Source: a virus. From it: a stretch of DNA of 64,000 bases. Every line of letters begins with the position of its first letter. Positions within the stretch are counted from its first letter, which is position 1. This document shows, piece after piece, positions 28,701 through 37,910 of this stretch. The stretch lies in the IMG/VR virus record IMGVR_UViG_3300027861_000010; one strand, given 5' to 3'. Under the pieces are notes generated by a model. The model searched no databases and was not told the DNA's origin. It worked only from the letters and a program-made list of their open reading frames with translations. The translations under genes were made by a program, and so were the position numbers.

Positions 28701-30559
28701 AGGAGCGGATCAGTTTCATGCGAATGGCTGAGGATCAGCTGTTGGCTGAAAATCAATTGCGTGCCTTGGGTCAGTTGGGAGAAGATCAGACTCTCAACGC
28801 TGACGCCGCTGACCTCGGACAGTATGGAGATTTGAACGTCGATCTGAAGCAGAAGCTGGTTGCAGCCAAGCCGGAAGAACGAGCTGAAATTGTCAAGAAG
28901 TATCTGGACCAACAACAGCTTGAGCAGTTCTACGGTAAAGATCCCGCAGAGATCGAGAAGAATCGCGTGGCTGCTGTGGAGCAACTGGGTACGGCTGCCG
29001 GACAACGTTCCATCAGCGACACCGAAGCTAATCTAGCAACGATGATGGATGCTCGTCGTGAGTTCCTTCTGGATGAAGACGCCGCGACTCGCTTGGGTGC
29101 AGCTCGGTCTGTCCGTGCAGTGAAGCGAAGTCGTGCAGCTGAAGAGGGACTACAAGATCTTGCCAACCGATACTTCAACGGTTCGGTCGGCAGCATGGTC
29201 AGCAGTGGTGGGCTGGCTATGGATGCCGAAGGTGCCGCTAAAGCTGAAGCTGACTTCGGGCGACTGACCGACGTTCAGAAAGAGACCGTTGCTGCTCGAC
29301 TATCTCAGGCTGGTCCAGAGGTTAAAGCTGGCGATCTGACAGCTCAGAACTACAAGGCGTACCTCGGACTGCAGGCTCGAGATTACACCGACGAATTGAC
29401 GGCTGCCAATGAAGAACTGTCCGGAGCAGCTGATCAGTCGCTGATGGCGGAAGAGCTTGGAGTGACACAGGAAGAACTCGGAGCCCTGCAAAAGCTGGCA
29501 ACGCTTGAAATCAGTGACGTCGAAGGAGCTGCCAAAAAGCTTGGCATGACGGAAGACGAATACCGTGAGGCCATGCGTGGTGGAGAAATCGACAAGAGTC
29601 TTCGATTGTTCTCCGGTGAAGATGCTGACAAGCAATTAGTCGCGGCCAAGTCAGACGAACGACGACTGAACGCCCTTCAGGTTCGACGGCAGAAGATTCA
29701 AGCCGAGCGGCAAACGGACGCCGGTAAGGATTCTGCTTCACTTGCTCGGGAAGAAGAGAGACTGACTGCTTTGATGGAGCCGATGCAGGAACGGCAGAAC
29801 AAGCGAATGGAAGATGCTGGACTGGATCCGAGCAAAGCTGAGGATGTCGAAACGTACAAGAAGCGACTCAGCAACCAGGGAAGCCTACAACAGCTGGAGA
29901 AGAAACGAGAAGAATACTTGACTCAGCGACAAGTCCTGAAGGATCAGGGAATGTCAGAAGCGGAGATCGACACACAGTTGGGATCCATGAAGGAGCGAGA
30001 AGAAGAAGCTCAGGCTCAGTTGAAGGCTTTCCGCGATGCTGATCTGGGAGCAACCGACTTGGCCTTGGCTGACGCCTTCGGTTTGGATACGACTGAAGTG
30101 ACAGACGAATTGACAGCCTTCAAGTCCGGCATCACTGATGCAGGACCTGGGGCGAAGCGTACGCAAGCCATGGTTGCACGAGCCTTGGACAAGGTTGGCA
30201 AGTTGGACATTGGCGATGCTGATTCAACCGCAGTTGAGAAGCTCGACATGCTGACCGATCAGTACCGAGATGCCTCCGCAGATGAACGCAAGGTCCTGGC
30301 TCAGAAACACGGCATGGACGTCAAGGATCTTGATCGCATGATGAGTCAGACCGAGTTCCTCGGTATGCGAGAAGATAAGGGTGATTACACCCAGGACGAT
30401 TTCAAGGATGCTTTGAAGCGAGTGGGCGGACGCGACGTTGAAGCAGAAGTCGCAAAGGAAGAGGAACGACAGATGAAGCTCACCGGTACGGTCAACATCA
30501 CAGGTGTTGTCAACGGTGAAGGTACGTTCCAGGACGCCCTGGGAGTCACCGTCAGGTAG
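25703..30559 (+). CDS. Tape measure protein
   Basis: 1618 aa, helical, A/E/Q/R/M-rich, follows the chaperone pair and precedes baseplate genes. Confidence 0.85.
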   Translation: MDPMQLQLMQQMGLGQVPGIPGMQAPLSAGGAGQLAMMSQPGMSPYAPAIAGNAFPDVSPLAPLQPQLQQFGMIGMLGGIAGNAYLTSMMKENGVLPMGNAGSYMQAYRAREFQQMQQAVGQQVAGQDSESFYRTFRGMAAMTGMPFNREQRSAARGLANTMAEYGPMLAMAAPGLLDAFAGERGSVQAMSAQMMEANRYRMDPLTGRMGYGTEANADLVNNVFETMFDEDNMARMQGMRAGDMGQLYRRLAGEGLAGPRGSTQDRTLLALNAARGAGELEAIGEEAGVNVDGNLAALSSEDLTKLRQTNSMRQRMSDSDARQVSDQLQDYVGTLSAMREVFGENGNPNAPIPQLINALESLTSGQMHKFDASRLNTMVRDMQSLSQMSGKSVDQILAMNQTAAAQGHQFGLGTTFAPTATNVGLLTGMAFQQEGGATGFGALNREGAEQAAMSYFNRGMASEMANTLGALGRIEEAGGFADNDAGRRLSAVMEAARAGESTYIDPNTGTERALPTKEAEFRSFITADAVPGMNRASFNMMLADRTSNLRMLNEDPELQQAAFNNQARDINKNIARQIGNRLSSEDALMDSGLDARGRNAAARAMGTAATQALGDLSPQDVQNAGVRNRAIADALMVEAGNQGVEMTDKEALTMAAGAFGQAENGARRFGFESYTAFSQVMGDNVSGVRAERAAQARARAGVNEALSGMGPRGGIMERFFSAVQKQGDRGSEANLETLIQDMFGADMDQAKERLMPELQAVADQKEEIDRMTAEIDGATPARRRELQREIKQKTKDLNARVVELRDIGMDMGIGGGEEVFNREDLYRAEDASRDLENINRSDQVRLLAASGSVSDAERIAIADADLTRADYEALAVSDRQKQLEEADTLSAGDIEKLPDEVKSLYEKLKGRGVTEKAARARVKEVMRSRVGGTEDIAIGLANTYGDEMKAGGLSKAEQDMLVRNRRAGMQIAPSDADIEDRMDSMREVMQLPANEDMTSKERISFMRMAEDQLLAENQLRALGQLGEDQTLNADAADLGQYGDLNVDLKQKLVAAKPEERAEIVKKYLDQQQLEQFYGKDPAEIEKNRVAAVEQLGTAAGQRSISDTEANLATMMDARREFLLDEDAATRLGAARSVRAVKRSRAAEEGLQDLANRYFNGSVGSMVSSGGLAMDAEGAAKAEADFGRLTDVQKETVAARLSQAGPEVKAGDLTAQNYKAYLGLQARDYTDELTAANEELSGAADQSLMAEELGVTQEELGALQKLATLEISDVEGAAKKLGMTEDEYREAMRGGEIDKSLRLFSGEDADKQLVAAKSDERRLNALQVRRQKIQAERQTDAGKDSASLAREEERLTALMEPMQERQNKRMEDAGLDPSKAEDVETYKKRLSNQGSLQQLEKKREEYLTQRQVLKDQGMSEAEIDTQLGSMKEREEEAQAQLKAFRDADLGATDLALADAFGLDTTEVTDELTAFKSGITDAGPGAKRTQAMVARALDKVGKLDIGDADSTAVEKLDMLTDQYRDASADERKVLAQKHGMDVKDLDRMMSQTEFLGMREDKGDYTQDDFKDALKRVGGRDVEAEVAKEEERQMKLTGTVNITGVVNGEGTFQDALGVTVR

Positions 30560-30568
30560 GAAACTGTT

Positions 30569-31057
30569 ATGCCAGTAGTTTTTGCACGTAATACAGGCAG
30601 AGTGATCTCTGTTGAAGATAAGGTTGCCGCTGGAGCAATTCAGCTGGGTAATGTTGTTGGCGAGGGTGGACGGATTACGTATCAGGCCCACAACACGATC
30701 ATCACTCGGCTGGGAATCTCCGCAGCGGGGAACTTTCAGTTCTTACACACCATCGGTAATGACGTTTACGTTTACGTGTTCGGTGACCGCATGGGGCAGG
30801 TGCAATTGCACGGGTTGAGTTTCTCAGATAAATGTCCTGACAGCGGAGGAGGCGAAGATCATGGATTCGAGTTGCTGTTTCGGTGGTACACTGCAAACCG
30901 AATCGCAGCACGTAAAGCACCGGTGCGAGTGACCATCGGGCGTGGGACCAACTTCAATGGGTTTGTGACTGCGTTAACCGGCGATGTGCAGGATGCACTT
31001 CACCGCACGATCCAGTTTCAAATGACCATTTCCTTACTGCCTGACGTTGTGAATTGA
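30569..31057 (+). CDS. Baseplate/tube initiator-like protein
   Basis: 162 aa directly after the TMP; tube-like beta pattern (QFLHTIGNDVYVYVFGDRMGQV). Confidence 0.55.
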   Translation: MPVVFARNTGRVISVEDKVAAGAIQLGNVVGEGGRITYQAHNTIITRLGISAAGNFQFLHTIGNDVYVYVFGDRMGQVQLHGLSFSDKCPDSGGGEDHGFELLFRWYTANRIAARKAPVRVTIGRGTNFNGFVTALTGDVQDALHRTIQFQMTISLLPDVVN

Positions 31058-31064
31058 GGTCCAG

Positions 31065-31862
31065 ATGTATAACCACGCTCGCACATTGTTGATGAACATC
31101 GACGGCAGTTCTCGAACTTTCGACAACTACCCTGGCGATGAACTGATCCCAGAAGCTTATCGTCAGCTGGAGTTACCGACGTACCTGGATATCTTCCGGA
31201 TGCGGTTCTTTGGGGCGATGCCGGATCGTACCATGTTGAATTACCGCGTGGCTCAATTGTTGACGATGATTGAGTCAACTGAGTTACAGAGTCATGTCCT
31301 AGCCTTGGACTCTCGGCTCACTTATCCAAGTTCAGATACTCGGTTGTTCGACCCGGCAACGTTCGGCCCTACCGTTCGGCCACTGAATTTAGAGCCGGAT
31401 CCGGCAGCAGTGCTGACGTTGATTGGTTCAGCCATTTCGCCGGATTCCAGTGGGATTTGCCAGTACCAGTACGAGATCGTGACTGCAGGACCTGCCGACG
31501 TCAATATCGAACGTAAAACTACTCCGCCAACTACCGTCCAGAGCTCCTTTACGTTCACGGACGGATTGAGCAGCGTGATTGATCTCCCAATGTCTGGTTA
31601 CAAGTTTCGTATCAATTCGCAAGAAACTGACTTGAAGTGGCGAGTTGAGGGATTTCTGCGTCCGACAAGCGATCTGTACTCGATCGAAGAAGGCTTGCGA
31701 AGTGTCGGTGAGCCCTATCTGCTGCAACTGTTCGGAGTCTCCAACGAAGAACCCTATCTCACGTTCCGAAACTGCTGGGAGCGGCACCCTGAATTTGCGT
31801 ACCGACTTGGTGGTCTGGTGTTGGCCATGATTTACCGTACTGAGGAGATTATGAATGGCTAA
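31065..31862 (+). CDS. Hypothetical baseplate-region protein
   Basis: 265 aa within the baseplate cluster. Confidence 0.6.
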   Translation: MYNHARTLLMNIDGSSRTFDNYPGDELIPEAYRQLELPTYLDIFRMRFFGAMPDRTMLNYRVAQLLTMIESTELQSHVLALDSRLTYPSSDTRLFDPATFGPTVRPLNLEPDPAAVLTLIGSAISPDSSGICQYQYEIVTAGPADVNIERKTTPPTTVQSSFTFTDGLSSVIDLPMSGYKFRINSQETDLKWRVEGFLRPTSDLYSIEEGLRSVGEPYLLQLFGVSNEEPYLTFRNCWERHPEFAYRLGGLVLAMIYRTEEIMNG

Positions 31863-33564
31863 CCAGTCAGCCTTCTGGGCTTTGACAGACTTTTCCGGCC
31901 AAAACAATGGCGGCGGGGCTGAACTTTTTGTGATCGTGGCGGAAACTGAAATTCCGATTGCTCAGTTCTCGATGACATACGGACTCAATGCAATTCCAAC
32001 TGCAATGGCACTGGTAGCTCTGGGTCGTGACGCCCGAACCGGGGAAGAGTCTTCAGTCTACAGCATAGTTTCTCAGCTCAAGCAGATGGCTGAAGTACGC
32101 GTAGAGATCCGCGGCAGCCTCGGGGATTGGTCACCACGAGGCGGAGCCAATGGAGGCAAACAACAATGGCCAGGCGGAACCCACACACTGTTCGTCGGGT
32201 ATGTTTCAGGTACGAGTTACCGTCGTTCGCTGGGTCGTGTGAGTTTGGTACTCAACATGGTCAATCAGTTAGTTGACTTGTCGATGTCCTCAGGCGGAAG
32301 TACGGACGTGGTTCCAGGTGCCCCTCACGATCTGATGTTGCCGACGTTGGCGGAAGGCCCGGGAGGTGAACCGATCGGTACCGCGGCAAGTAAGTTTATT
32401 GACGAGCTGCCTACAGACCTGGATGTCGATTTCAGTGAAGGCGTACTTAAGTCACTTTATGAGGTCTCTCAAAACAATCAACTCCAGGTGCACAAAGCTT
32501 GGTGTGACTTAGCCCCTACCGGGCCGGTTAATGACGAGCGGGCAAATACCAAAGCAGCCAGAGTGATTGAAGGCTTTGACAAGTGGAACGGCATTGAAGG
32601 ATATGCAGGCGGTGCGGACGCTGCATACGCAAAACCTTACCCTCTCAACATCCACACCAAAGGTAAAGAACATACGGCCCAACGCATTGGCGATGTGATT
32701 GCAGCCTCGTTGGCAGGTACAAGTATGTGGAGCATGCTAGTTGGTTCTTTAATTCCTGAATTCGGTGTCTTCATTATTCCGATAGCTCAAACAGCTTTCA
32801 TGGCACCGATCATCCCTATGAATCGAGAAGCGGCCAAAATTATTGAACCAAACGACTACGCGGACTTCAATTTGAAAACGATGTCGCAGCGTCCGCTGTA
32901 CGGTGTTGGCGTCATGGGTAATTATCAGACAGCGACCATAGGCAAGCCCGCTACGGACAACAAACAATGCGTCGGAGAGACTTTCGTAGCCAAAGCTGCT
33001 GACGGTGAAGACGCCAATGACGGCATGTGGATGTTTGTTCCGGCTCCTAAGTGGATGGATGACTGGACTAACTTCGATCCTGGAGCTCTCGACGGTGATG
33101 CTGGTATTGATAAGATGCTGGGCGAAGTGTCGCACGACGCCGTTGGCGTTAAAGACGCAGCCGTAGATCGAAATCCAGACGACGAAGTTGACGACTGGAA
33201 TGACGTCATGAAAAAGTACGCTCAAATGATGTACGCTCAAAACGCGTTGCGTGGCCGAGAAGGCACCATTGTGGGCAAGCTTCGATTTGATATCTGCCCT
33301 GGAACCACGCTTCTTGTAAAATCAAAAGGTGAGTTGAAGTCAGAGGGCGTAGATGAACTCGCTTCTGACCTTTACGGGCTAGTTTCAAGAGTCACGGTGA
33401 CGATTAACTCAGAGCAGGCTTCAGCGGCCACGACGTTGGAGCTAACTAATATCCGAACGGACGTAGAGAACCAGCAAGATCGCTTCTCGCTGGCTTCGCA
33501 TCCATTCTTTGATGATAACTTTTTTGAAACCGCCCCACTCGTACCAAGCCTGGAGGTTCCGTAA
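31855..33564 (+). CDS. Probable baseplate hub protein (gp27/Mu gp44-like position)
   Basis: 569 aa; LFVGYVSG near the N-terminus and GKLRFDICPG..LYGLVSRVTVTI near the C-terminus resemble hub proteins. Confidence 0.55.
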   Translation: MANQSAFWALTDFSGQNNGGGAELFVIVAETEIPIAQFSMTYGLNAIPTAMALVALGRDARTGEESSVYSIVSQLKQMAEVRVEIRGSLGDWSPRGGANGGKQQWPGGTHTLFVGYVSGTSYRRSLGRVSLVLNMVNQLVDLSMSSGGSTDVVPGAPHDLMLPTLAEGPGGEPIGTAASKFIDELPTDLDVDFSEGVLKSLYEVSQNNQLQVHKAWCDLAPTGPVNDERANTKAARVIEGFDKWNGIEGYAGGADAAYAKPYPLNIHTKGKEHTAQRIGDVIAASLAGTSMWSMLVGSLIPEFGVFIIPIAQTAFMAPIIPMNREAAKIIEPNDYADFNLKTMSQRPLYGVGVMGNYQTATIGKPATDNKQCVGETFVAKAADGEDANDGMWMFVPAPKWMDDWTNFDPGALDGDAGIDKMLGEVSHDAVGVKDAAVDRNPDDEVDDWNDVMKKYAQMMYAQNALRGREGTIVGKLRFDICPGTTLLVKSKGELKSEGVDELASDLYGLVSRVTVTINSEQASAATTLELTNIRTDVENQQDRFSLASHPFFDDNFFETAPLVPSLEVP

Positions 33565-34319
33565 TGGACAGCATGAACAGCATGGGCAACTACCTGGAGG
33601 AAGAGTACCGACCAGCGTATGACGCTTGGCAGGCGGATCAGACTCCACAAGGGAATGCCACTTTCTTGAAGGCTATTGATCCTGTGGTTCAAAAGGGCGT
33701 CAAGATGTACGGCAACGAGAGCCCGTTAGCGGCCAGTCGTGCAAGGCTTATGGCGTTGGAAGCTGCTCGTAAATACGACCCAAAGCGATCCCGTCTCCAG
33801 TCTCACATGCTCAATCAACTTCAAGGGCTCCGTCGTGTCTCACGGCAACAACATCAAGTGATGCGGACACCTGAGCGAGTGTTGTTGGAAAGTAATCGGC
33901 TGCGTCAGTACTCTCAAGAGATGGAAGACGAAACTGGACGGGAGCCCACCGATGCCGAACTGTCTGACCGCCTCGGCATCTCCCTGCAACGACTGAAGAA
34001 GATTCGACAATACCAGCCCGGCATGAGTACGGGGCAGGCTGAGAATGTTGATCCAATGCAGGGTCAACCGGCCAGCACCATGCCTGGACAGCAGGAAAGC
34101 GAAGAATACTGGGCTCAGATTGTTTACATGGATATTGGTCCGATGGATCAGAAGATCATGGAGTGGACGCTCGGTATGAATGGTCACAAGAAACTATCGA
34201 ACCAGGAGATTGCCAAGAAGCTCAACCGAAGCCCCGGGGCAATCACCCAACGCAAAATGCGGATTCAGAATTTGCTGAATCAAGAGCAAGACCTTTCACC
34301 ATTTGTCGTATCGGAGTAG
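33564..34319 (+). CDS. Sigma-70 family RNA polymerase sigma factor (FliA/WhiG-like architecture)
   Basis: Region 2 (LEAARKYDPKR..LQSH), region 3 (GREPTDAELSDRLGIS) and region 4 HTH (KLSNQEIAKKLNRSPGAITQ). Confidence 0.85.
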   Translation: MDSMNSMGNYLEEEYRPAYDAWQADQTPQGNATFLKAIDPVVQKGVKMYGNESPLAASRARLMALEAARKYDPKRSRLQSHMLNQLQGLRRVSRQQHQVMRTPERVLLESNRLRQYSQEMEDETGREPTDAELSDRLGISLQRLKKIRQYQPGMSTGQAENVDPMQGQPASTMPGQQESEEYWAQIVYMDIGPMDQKIMEWTLGMNGHKKLSNQEIAKKLNRSPGAITQRKMRIQNLLNQEQDLSPFVVSE

Positions 34320-34322
34320 AGC

Positions 34323-34790
34323 ATGCCGCAGAAAGGACTTGTCGATCCCAACTTGGATGCCTTGATTCGTCACATTGCGAATATCAAGAAAGAAGCATTC
34401 GAGAAGCGAACGAATAACGAAGCTGTTCCGTGGTCTCGCCCGCCGCTGGAAGAATGGGACGGCGATCTGCAGACAGAGGGTGCTTTGATTGACATGCACA
34501 AGGCTTTCAATACAGACAAAGCCGAAGAAGCATTGATTGAAGCGTTCACTCCTGGAGACGCCGGGAACAGTTCAGACGGGATCGTCCTAAGCCTTCAGAT
34601 TGATTACGCTGCTCAGGCGGAACGGGCTTTTCGAGCTCGCAATACGCAAACATTCCCAAGAGCGTTGGCTCACTACTCTACTCGAGAAAAAGGTCATGGT
34701 CAGGACAATGGGGCGTTGATCGGTCAGGCTCTTGACTACTTCACCCACATCATCAAGCAAGGGTCCGAAGGATCAGGAGGATCGGTATGA
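34323..34790 (+). CDS. Hypothetical protein
   Basis: 155 aa, coupled to the next gene (ATGA). Confidence 0.65.
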   Translation: MPQKGLVDPNLDALIRHIANIKKEAFEKRTNNEAVPWSRPPLEEWDGDLQTEGALIDMHKAFNTDKAEEALIEAFTPGDAGNSSDGIVLSLQIDYAAQAERAFRARNTQTFPRALAHYSTREKGHGQDNGALIGQALDYFTHIIKQGSEGSGGSV

Positions 34791-35272
34791 GACTTTCTGC
34801 GAGCGTGAAAGATTACGTCGGACGCACGGTCGACTACTTGGCTTTTGACGATGCTCGAGCCAGTGGCGATACGTTGTTGACACAGGCCTTGGTTCAGCCC
34901 GGCGAGTCCGGTGCCTTGATCACAGGTATTGAAAAGCTGGTGCAGCGGTTCCTGGTTGAACTATTGACCGAGCAAGGCTCACTGGACTATCAGTTATCCC
35001 GAGGCACGTTCTTTATGACGGCTCTGCGGGCAGGAACCGTGCGGACGTCACAGGAGCTGTTCTCTTTGTTCAGTTCTGCCGAGGTAGATGTACGAGACAA
35101 CCTGAAACTGGAAGAAGACTTTGCGAACGACCCTCCGGATGAACGTTACGCCAGAGCTGAATTGATTTCGGCTTCATTGTTCGGTGACTCCGCTACATTG
35201 AACATTAGAATAGATAGCGTGGCCGGAGAGTCGCGAACTGTCATTTATCCGCTGCGGGTCACGGCAATTTGA
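34787..35272 (+). CDS. gp25-like baseplate wedge protein
   Basis: 161 aa; ITGIEKLVQRFLVELLTEQGS...GTFF motif; directly before baseplate J. Confidence 0.7.
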   Translation: MRLSASVKDYVGRTVDYLAFDDARASGDTLLTQALVQPGESGALITGIEKLVQRFLVELLTEQGSLDYQLSRGTFFMTALRAGTVRTSQELFSLFSSAEVDVRDNLKLEEDFANDPPDERYARAELISASLFGDSATLNIRIDSVAGESRTVIYPLRVTAI

Positions 35273-35282
35273 GGAACCAACG

Positions 35283-36944
35283 ATGACACTTACCATTTCC
35301 AACTTTGAAGTTTCCGACTTAACCCAGCTCGACAATGCTGATGTCAATCAGTTGCTCGAACGGTTGGCGGAACAACTTCAAGAGCTGAATCCAAACCTGG
35401 ACTTGAAACGCGGTGTGTTCAAAGACACCGTTGCGTACTATCACGCAATTTTGGAAACAGCGATCCGCACCAACCTGGAGCGATATCAGTCTGCTCGCAG
35501 TCTGCAACAGATTGCGGCTGACCCCACCTTGGCCGACGATGATGTCGTCAACGAGGTGTTATCGAATTGGGGAGTTACTCGTCGGATCGGAACCAAAGCC
35601 ACAGGTTCAGTCACGATCGAGTTGAGTGCTTCTCGAACGGTCACCGTACCTGAGGGTTTCATATTTGAAGCTGCCGGTCAGCAGTATGCGGCCACGGCAA
35701 CTTTTGTCGCTCGACCGGCTGCTGGACAAGTCGCGACTGTGAATGACAGACTGCTGGTCCAGCTCAACAACGGCAATTGGGCTTTCGTTGTTGACGTAGA
35801 AGCCGCAGAGGTCGGTACTGAGTACAAACTCAATGCCGGGGATCTGATTGTGCCAGATCGAACACTGGTCAACTACGTTACCAGTTACGCTACCTCAACC
35901 TTCAGTGACGGTACCAACACTGAGACCAATGCTGAGTTGATTAACGAGCTGCAACTAGGGTTGGCCGCTAAGACTCTGTCCAATCGCACAAACATGCGGT
36001 CATGGCTTCGATCTATTCCGGCCTACGAGTCAGCCACCAACCAATCAATCGTAGGTTACGGCGATCCTGAGATGTTACGGGACAAGCATACAATCTTTCC
36101 GATCAGCTACGGCGGTCGGGTGGACTGGTATGTTCGAGGGCAGTCGGCACTACAACGTTCGGCCCAACAAGTAACCGCCACCTTGATTTCAATTGTCGGG
36201 AATGTCAGTACCTGGCAGTTTTCCATCACCAAGTCAATCTTCCCGGGCTTCTATGAGGTCGAGCGTATCCGGAGACTGGCTGACTCCAGCTTAAATTCCG
36301 GATTTGAGATTGTTGCGGACAACCGCGGCAATGACCTGACCGGCGACGGGTTCGTTCCGGACATCCTCACAATAGCCGAGGGAGCCTATTCCGCGTTCCA
36401 AACCACCACAATTCAGTTTGAGGATACGGCTACGGCGGTGTCTGGTCTGACTCTTGGCGACACAGCTGAATACCTCTGCGAGATTACTGGCGTTCCTTTG
36501 ATTGCCGAACTTCAAACGGAGGTTTCGAGTCGTGATATTCGTAGTTATGCCGCAGACGCCCTGATTAAAGCTCCTGTGCCTTGTTTTGTTGACATTACCT
36601 TTACAATCAACAAAGCAGCCGGAGACGCTGCTCCTGATGTGGATGGGATCAAGGCGGCCCTAGTTTCCGAAGTCAATAACATGGGGTTCATAGGCCGTTT
36701 GGACGGGTCTCATCTGGTAGACTTGGTTCATAATTTCATTATCGACGACGTCAGTGTGACGGACCTTGATCTTTTTGGTCGTGTACGCCGACCGGACGGT
36801 TCGATACAATATCTACGTGATGCAGATTCGTTGGCGATTCCGGAACAACCGGATAAGATGGTCACCGCGAAGACAGTCCAATTCTTTACCGAAGTGTCGA
36901 GGATCTCGATCAACGTTCAATCGGTAATTCCAACAGCAAATTAA
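35283..36944 (+). CDS. Baseplate J-like wedge protein
   Basis: 553 aa; NWGVTRRIGTKATGSVT, VPEGFIF and VDVEAAEVGTEYKL..G..DGTNTETN are baseplate-J-like segments. Confidence 0.8.
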   Translation: MTLTISNFEVSDLTQLDNADVNQLLERLAEQLQELNPNLDLKRGVFKDTVAYYHAILETAIRTNLERYQSARSLQQIAADPTLADDDVVNEVLSNWGVTRRIGTKATGSVTIELSASRTVTVPEGFIFEAAGQQYAATATFVARPAAGQVATVNDRLLVQLNNGNWAFVVDVEAAEVGTEYKLNAGDLIVPDRTLVNYVTSYATSTFSDGTNTETNAELINELQLGLAAKTLSNRTNMRSWLRSIPAYESATNQSIVGYGDPEMLRDKHTIFPISYGGRVDWYVRGQSALQRSAQQVTATLISIVGNVSTWQFSITKSIFPGFYEVERIRRLADSSLNSGFEIVADNRGNDLTGDGFVPDILTIAEGAYSAFQTTTIQFEDTATAVSGLTLGDTAEYLCEITGVPLIAELQTEVSSRDIRSYAADALIKAPVPCFVDITFTINKAAGDAAPDVDGIKAALVSEVNNMGFIGRLDGSHLVDLVHNFIIDDVSVTDLDLFGRVRRPDGSIQYLRDADSLAIPEQPDKMVTAKTVQFFTEVSRISINVQSVIPTAN

Positions 36945-36959
36945 GCAGGAGGCTTTACA

Positions 36960-37910
36960 GTGACACCCGCTAAAGGCAAGAAAGAAGCTCAACGACTTCT
37001 TCTCAAAACTTCCCTGCCCGAAGGGCAGAGTGCTCAGCAACTCAAGTTCTCGGTCGATTACTTGTCATTCTTCGGCTACATCGCTGTTGAATTGCTGAAG
37101 AACATGAACATGAAGGACCTCGAGAAGGCTGTCAAAACCTTCCAACGCTGGTTCGGATTGAAAGCTGACGGGGTTGTCGGACCCATGACGCTTCGAGCGA
37201 TGGAAATTCCTCGCTGCGGTTGTCCTGATGTTATCGACGAAGCCAACAACGTCCATAAACAGTACATGCAGATGCAGGCCGTCATCGAAGAGAACATGGC
37301 CAAGTGGAACAAGAAGGGCCTGACGTACGCCGTGCATAGCTATGTCGGAGGAATGTCCAAGACGGCTCAGCTTAAAATCTTTGCGGGAGCCTGGAAAGCG
37401 TGGGACGACGTTTGTGGTTTGAACATCCAAGCTATTGGTGATGTTGACAAAGCCGACCTGGTACTCAGTACCGGCTCTGGTTCTCGTCATAGCTTTGACG
37501 GACGTGGCGGCACTTTAGCCTGGGCTTACTTGCCCAACGGACGCGATCGCCAACTGCTGATGCGGTTCGATTTGGCAGAAACCTGGATCAGTAATCCACG
37601 GGAACGTGGTATTCTATTATTCAACGTCGCTTGTCATGAGTTCGGTCACATGATCGGTTTGACGCACTCCAAGAAAAAGGGAGCATTGATGGCTCCCTAT
37701 TACAATCCAGGGGTGGCAGTGCCGCAGTGGGATGACGATATTCCACGAGCAGAAGCCCGCTACGGGAAGGACACGGCACCGCAACCGCCAAAACCGCCAA
37801 AACCGCCAAAGCCCGATCCCGGAACTCCCGGCACGGATGATGAGGAGATATTCCATGTACAATGCAAAGGGCTCAAAGTCGATGGGTACACGCTTTTTGC
37901 AGATAAGTAG
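36960..37910 (+). CDS. Pro-matrixin (peptidase M10A) with PG-binding-like prodomain and cysteine switch
   Basis: AVKTFQRWFGLKADGVVGPMT, PRCGCPD switch, HSFDGRGGTLAWA, zinc motif HEFGHMIGLTHS, Met-turn ALMAPYY, Pro-rich hinge PKPPKPPKP. Confidence 0.9.
   Translation: MTPAKGKKEAQRLLLKTSLPEGQSAQQLKFSVDYLSFFGYIAVELLKNMNMKDLEKAVKTFQRWFGLKADGVVGPMTLRAMEIPRCGCPDVIDEANNVHKQYMQMQAVIEENMAKWNKKGLTYAVHSYVGGMSKTAQLKIFAGAWKAWDDVCGLNIQAIGDVDKADLVLSTGSGSRHSFDGRGGTLAWAYLPNGRDRQLLMRFDLAETWISNPRERGILLFNVACHEFGHMIGLTHSKKKGALMAPYYNPGVAVPQWDDDIPRAEARYGKDTAPQPPKPPKPPKPDPGTPGTDDEEIFHVQCKGLKVDGYTLFADK

Noticed and set aside
17858-36944. eCIS/T6SS/tailocin rather than phage
   Set aside because: Linked capsid, neck and tape measure genes indicate a complete myovirus.
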